Shown here: piece after piece, positions 7,255 to 11,332 of the stretch | How positions within the stretch are numbered: position 1 is the stretch's first letter | How the letters are laid out: every line of letters starts with the position of its first letter | Assembly: GCA_018985225.1 (NCBI GenBank) | Contig: JADGIF010000305.1 | Span: 1 to 11,332, forward strand | Length of the DNA: 11,332 bases | Source of the DNA: Amoeboradix gromovi X-113 | Taxonomy: Eukaryota > Fungi > Sanchytriomycota | Reading direction: 5' to 3' | Position numbers and translations under genes: made by a program | The notes under the pieces: model-generated | Databases searched by the model: none | Seen by the model: the letters and a program-made list of their open reading frames with translations, nothing else | Told to the model about the DNA's origin: nothing

Positions 7255-7911
7255 ATGTCCGAAATGGAAGTCTGCAAATTTGGAGATTGTACAGATAGTT
7301 TTAATACCTTGGATGAATTAGTTAAACACCTAGATGAACATTTGTCTGTGTTGACTGAATTCGGCTGTAAATGGAGAGACTGCAAGAATAAAAAAGGAAA
7401 GAAAATGACTAGTTTATTATCTCTACAAACGCATTTGAGAACTCACACGGGTGAAAAGCCATTCACATGCCCATTACCAGAATGCCCGATGAAATTCAGT
7501 AGAAGAGATGGTGTACAAAAACATACTCATAGTGTGCATCCTGAATATGATGCAAGAACAAAGACTATAAAATATTTTAAAGAGTCCGACTTAGCTGTAG
7601 GATCAATGTTCAAAATAGAATCCAAAATACCCTACAAAACACTTGGAGTATCTAGGCAAAAAGGACAATCATTAGCAAGACCTCTGCAAGTTGTAGATGA
7701 CCTCGTTGTTGAAGAACAGGAGACGTCGGACTGGGATACTTTGACAGAGGAAGAAAAAATCATGATTTTAAAGAAGCGATTAGCATTCCTACAAGAAGAC
7801 CATAAGTTGCTCAAGGATGTTTACAAAATTGAGCAATTACTATTTGAGCGATTGAAGATCACCAATGACATAATTAGAGAAGAAGCATTTGGCCATTTAA
7901 TAAACGATTAA
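7255..7911 (+). CDS. Three-finger C2H2 zinc-finger protein with C-terminal coiled coil, resembling fungal INO80 subunit Iec1 (GLI/ZIC/PacC-like finger arrangement)
   Basis: CKFGDC..H..H, CKWRDC..HLRTH, TGEKPF linker, CPLPEC..FSRRD...KH...VH; C-terminal helix KIMILKKRLAFLQEDHKLL. The zinc-finger call is certain; Iec1 orthology is tentative. Confidence 0.8.
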   Translation: MSEMEVCKFGDCTDSFNTLDELVKHLDEHLSVLTEFGCKWRDCKNKKGKKMTSLLSLQTHLRTHTGEKPFTCPLPECPMKFSRRDGVQKHTHSVHPEYDARTKTIKYFKESDLAVGSMFKIESKIPYKTLGVSRQKGQSLARPLQVVDDLVVEEQETSDWDTLTEEEKIMILKKRLAFLQEDHKLLKDVYKIEQLLFERLKITNDIIREEAFGHLIND

Positions 7912-8008
7912 TCAATATTTGAGAGATGTTTTGTAAAAATTGCTCCAATGACCGGAGGCCTCTTTCTGTTATATATGAGCATGTCCCAAGTGTTTCCAAA
8001 CTTGAAGA

Positions 8009-8893
8009 ATGCTGAATTCAGACGACGAGATGAATTTCTATCAAAAAGAGAATGATAGAATTAGAAAAAAAGCAGAACTGGCATTTATGGAAGCTAAAGA
8101 GTCTATTCAAAACGCTGGTTTAGATGCAGACACCAGTATTTCATCGAAAAAGTGTGATGATCCAGAAAATGAGAGAAGGGAAGAGTTAGAACTCATATCA
8201 TCAGACAAGCACTTAATTGAAAAGATAGAAAAACGTTTAGTGGACGATGAGGATTTTATACAGTATGCTTTAAAGCAGGAGCATGCAGGAACTGCCATTA
8301 CTAATGAAGCCATGCTGAGATTTTATCAGGCTAAATGTATGACATATGAAGAAGAGTACAAAGTATTAAAAAAAGAACACAAGCTTACTACAAAAAACAA
8401 ATTGGAACTTGAGGAAAAACTCAAAGCTCTTAGTTTGGAAAGCGAAAAGATCAAGATTCAGAATGCTTCAATATCCGATAAACTTTCAGCCTCTGAATCC
8501 TTGTGCGAATCTTTAAAAGACGAAAATACAGGTTTGCGTAAGAAAAACAAAGAAATTTTAAGAGACTTTAATTTATTACAGCAAAAGAGTAAAACAGGTC
8601 AACAATTCATCGATTCGAAAGAGAGCAGACTCCAGCGCGCCTTGGAAGAAGTCCAACGCGTAAAGAAACAACTTGAGAGCACTAATGAGTCTATTAAATC
8701 ACAAAAAAATGTGCATAATGAGAAAATCAATAACTTGCAGTCCGAGAACACTAGGCTGCGCAAGTTAACTGCTGAAATGGAGAATGCTATAAAGAAACAA
8801 ACTCACCAGATTAGTGTTATCAAGAAGCAACAAATTCATTCGGAAACTTCTAAAGAATTGCTCAAGTTCTTGAAATCCTCCCAGTTAAAGTAG
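8009..8893 (+). CDS. TEX9: TEX9-like coiled-coil protein (centriolar/basal-body associated family)
   Basis: Long coiled coil containing three blocks that match recalled TEX9 motifs: EAMLRFYQAK (cf. AQIRFLKAK), ESRLQRALEEV (cf. EVRLNRALEEA), KKQTHQISVIKKQQIHSE (cf. KKQLQLIDVLKRQKMHIE). Confidence 0.78.
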   Translation: MLNSDDEMNFYQKENDRIRKKAELAFMEAKESIQNAGLDADTSISSKKCDDPENERREELELISSDKHLIEKIEKRLVDDEDFIQYALKQEHAGTAITNEAMLRFYQAKCMTYEEEYKVLKKEHKLTTKNKLELEEKLKALSLESEKIKIQNASISDKLSASESLCESLKDENTGLRKKNKEILRDFNLLQQKSKTGQQFIDSKESRLQRALEEVQRVKKQLESTNESIKSQKNVHNEKINNLQSENTRLRKLTAEMENAIKKQTHQISVIKKQQIHSETSKELLKFLKSSQLK

Positions 8894-8949
8894 TGCCAAT
8901 AAACCATAATCTTATTTACGTTGCCTTATTTTCGGGTTCTCATCCGCAG

Positions 8950-11106
8950 CTAGTTCATGTTTTCTATAAAGTTTGCCCACATGGAGGCCCCAGCTGGCAT
9001 TTGTATTGCACTGGACGTTACTGCACTAGATGATTTAGCACTTAGAAAAGAGCTTTTTGAGTCTGATTTCAAAACCTTTGGTGTGTGCACCAAATTCAGC
9101 AACGATTCGTCTATACTATTTGTAGCTGATTTTATTTTCTCTTTGCGCGCAGAACTTACAGATTTTATGGACACGACTGATTTCTCATGGCTTTGTGATC
9201 CCATAGATCTTTGAGCAATCAGATCATCTGCCATATCAAATTTATCTTTGAAGTAAGCCTCTCTTACGGATTTCACAGTTCCTTGCTTTTGAAATGATTC
9301 TTCTGAGTCAAAATCAGTATTGTATTCAAACTTGTTATTTTGATTTTCATTTTTTTTTGATTCGTCAATACTCTCAAAGTCATTTACATATTCAATCTTG
9401 TTTATAGATGTATTTGATTTGTAGCTATTCTGATACTGGATTGAACTACTATTAATTCTATGTAACTGCAAATCAACTGAACCTGTAGCTTCTAGGTGTT
9501 TCGCTATGTTGTTTATCGAATTTTTTATGCTAGTTACTGAGGATGATTTACGAGTCGGTGAAGCAATGGATAATTTTATAGACTCAAGGGATTTTTTACT
9601 GTTTGGTAAAGAGTCTGAGTGCCCTATGTTCAACTCATTTGTGGATAGTTGCACCAGACTACTCGGTGCCTTTTTAAACTCCATTGATTTACTAGAACTC
9701 GAGTGTTCACTACTAGGGACGCTTATAGATACTTCCTTTTGTGATTTCCAGGTTGACTTAAATTCCTGAACAGATTTAGAAGATACTGCTCCAATCGACA
9801 AGTGTGTGCTAACCGACTGTTCAGGACTATCTGTAATTATAACAGAACTTTTCTCATCTATCTTAGAGCTTTTCTTATTTCTCCTTTTATGCGTACTGTC
9901 TTTGGTGGGGTGCATGTACTGCTGCAATAGCGTTCTATCTGGCAAGACATGCATTACTGTCTGTGTTGTCTTTGTAGTCGATGGCATTCGTTCTATATTT
10001 ATGCCTTGTAATTTAGTCAAAAAAGTGTCTAAATGGCCAAGGATAGAAGTCATATTATCTGCAACTACATTTAAATTCGATTCTCTTGATTTTAGGCCGT
10101 TTAAATAAACCACCAATCTGTCTATTTCATTCAATTGCGCTCTAACATTTGGCACATAATCGGTTTGCAGAACTTGAGTATCATCTACGGCATTTTCCTC
10201 GTTCACCTGATTTTGATGACAAGCTTGATTGTCCTTAATCTTTTGCAATTCGGGCAGATTTACCTGATCCAAAGTTAGCAAGCGAGGTTGTGAGACGGCT
10301 GTATTCTTTGATGCCAAACGGATAGAATCAGATTTGTGCAGTCTTTTGCTAGTACTGAAATACATGTAAGGGAGTTTTAAATGGACCGGACTGGCAGTGT
10401 TATGGTTGGGGGAAATTAGCTCATCCAGAGACTTCAGTTTCCTACGTAGACTGGTTATTCGTTTGATCTCTACCACATTAGAGTCACTGATAAAGTTGTT
10501 AAGTACATTAAGATGGTTGCAGGTTGTATTGTCTACTAGGAACGATATTACTACACGTACAGAATGATTTGTAGCACCAACGTTTTCTAAATCAATTTTG
10601 CGTATTTCTATTTGCTGCGATACAGATTCCAAAAAAAGAATAACACCTAAGTCCCTTAAATCGTTTCCAGAGAGTGATATTCTAGACCAGCATTGCTTTG
10701 AAGTCAATAGCAAAGAAATAAAATGTCGGAGTCCATGAATAGATATTTTACAGTCTGATAGATTAATGACTTGCAAGTTATTTAGATGTGTAAGGTTTAT
10801 GAAAGCATCATCTCCAATTTGACTATGTGCCAAAGAAAACAATTGAAGATTTCCGTAGGAAATTAGTTTATCTATAGCAGCCATTATTTTGGTATTTAAG
10901 AACTTACCACATAACTCTATAGCATTGATTGAAATTGAATGTAAAATAAATTTTTTTATAAAATTTTGAATTCCATGTAGCACCTTATCGTTTCTATCCA
11001 ATGGAATCAGATATGCACAAACAGCTTGATACTGGTTTATATCTTCTAGTATTTTATTCAACTGGGCTTTTTGTTTTTGGTGGAGTGGAATTATTACAGT
11101 TTCCAT
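8950..11106 (-). CDS. CEP78: CEP78-like protein: N-terminal RNI-type leucine-rich repeats, a central coiled coil and a Ser-rich disordered C-terminus
   Basis: LRRs in the order recalled for CEP78: IELCG.FL, FSLAHSQIGD, INLSDCKISIHG, RISLSGNDLRDLG, IRKIDLENVGATN, FLVDNTT. N-terminal YQAVCAYLIPL resembles the CEP78 Y..LCA....PL motif. The LRR call is firm; orthology is probable. Confidence 0.65.
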   Translation of the reverse strand: METVIIPLHQKQKAQLNKILEDINQYQAVCAYLIPLDRNDKVLHGIQNFIKKFILHSISINAIELCGKFLNTKIMAAIDKLISYGNLQLFSLAHSQIGDDAFINLTHLNNLQVINLSDCKISIHGLRHFISLLLTSKQCWSRISLSGNDLRDLGVILFLESVSQQIEIRKIDLENVGATNHSVRVVISFLVDNTTCNHLNVLNNFISDSNVVEIKRITSLRRKLKSLDELISPNHNTASPVHLKLPYMYFSTSKRLHKSDSIRLASKNTAVSQPRLLTLDQVNLPELQKIKDNQACHQNQVNEENAVDDTQVLQTDYVPNVRAQLNEIDRLVVYLNGLKSRESNLNVVADNMTSILGHLDTFLTKLQGINIERMPSTTKTTQTVMHVLPDRTLLQQYMHPTKDSTHKRRNKKSSKIDEKSSVIITDSPEQSVSTHLSIGAVSSKSVQEFKSTWKSQKEVSISVPSSEHSSSSKSMEFKKAPSSLVQLSTNELNIGHSDSLPNSKKSLESIKLSIASPTRKSSSVTSIKNSINNIAKHLEATGSVDLQLHRINSSSIQYQNSYKSNTSINKIEYVNDFESIDESKKNENQNNKFEYNTDFDSEESFQKQGTVKSVREAYFKDKFDMADDLIAQRSMGSQSHEKSVVSIKSVSSARKEKIKSATNSIDESLLNLVHTPKVLKSDSKSSFLSAKSSSAVTSSAIQMPAGASMWANFIENMN

Positions 11107-11332
11107 TTCGACTTGTTTCGGAGGCTTTAAATAATTGAAGTTTCCGATATATGTATCGTACTAGACGTTGAGTAAAAAGGGCTAAATAGAGTGACTTTAA
11201 CCGATAACTTTGCCAACATGAATAACATAAATGGTTTGGGACTTCATCATTTTTTCCGTTTATGAAAGCAAAAAAACACAACCACTAGGTATATGTGCCT
11301 CGGAATAAAGCAAATCCACTCAAACTGACAAG

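Noticed and set aside
751-11106. Stop-codon reassignment (TAA/TAG read as Gln, as in some aphelids)
   Set aside because: Genes end on TAA, TAG and TGA at expected C-termini. The only internal stop, in RAE1, is intronic.
798-11281. Short antisense or alternative-frame ORFs (798-1010, 2291-2491, 2809-3048, 3306-3521, 6251-6601, 7632-7814, 8107-8313, 8957-9214, 9506-9769, 9806-10108, 11054-11281)
   Set aside because: Shadows of real genes or AT-rich noise, with no recognisable motifs.

Overview
Very compact, AT-rich eukaryotic DNA, most likely from a flagellated (zoosporic) early-diverging fungus or a close relative. The taxon is inferred, not proven. From 2.5 kb onward the genes are tightly packed and almost intron-free: a small unknown ORF, tyrosine aminotransferase, the mRNA export factor Rae1/Gle2, cytosolic asparaginyl-tRNA synthetase, an Iec1-like C2H2 zinc-finger protein, and a convergent pair of probable centriole/basal-body genes (TEX9-like and CEP78-like). 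The first 2.1 kb is accessory-like. A secreted/GPI-anchored protein gene lies between two inverted copies of a small TIR element (MITE-like), followed by tRNA-Glu(TTC). The most striking signal is a 19-nt GT-AG intron with a perfect TACTAAC branch site in RAE1 (4849-4867), which points to an ultra-short-intron spliceosomal system. Homology calls come from recalled family motifs; no database searches were run.
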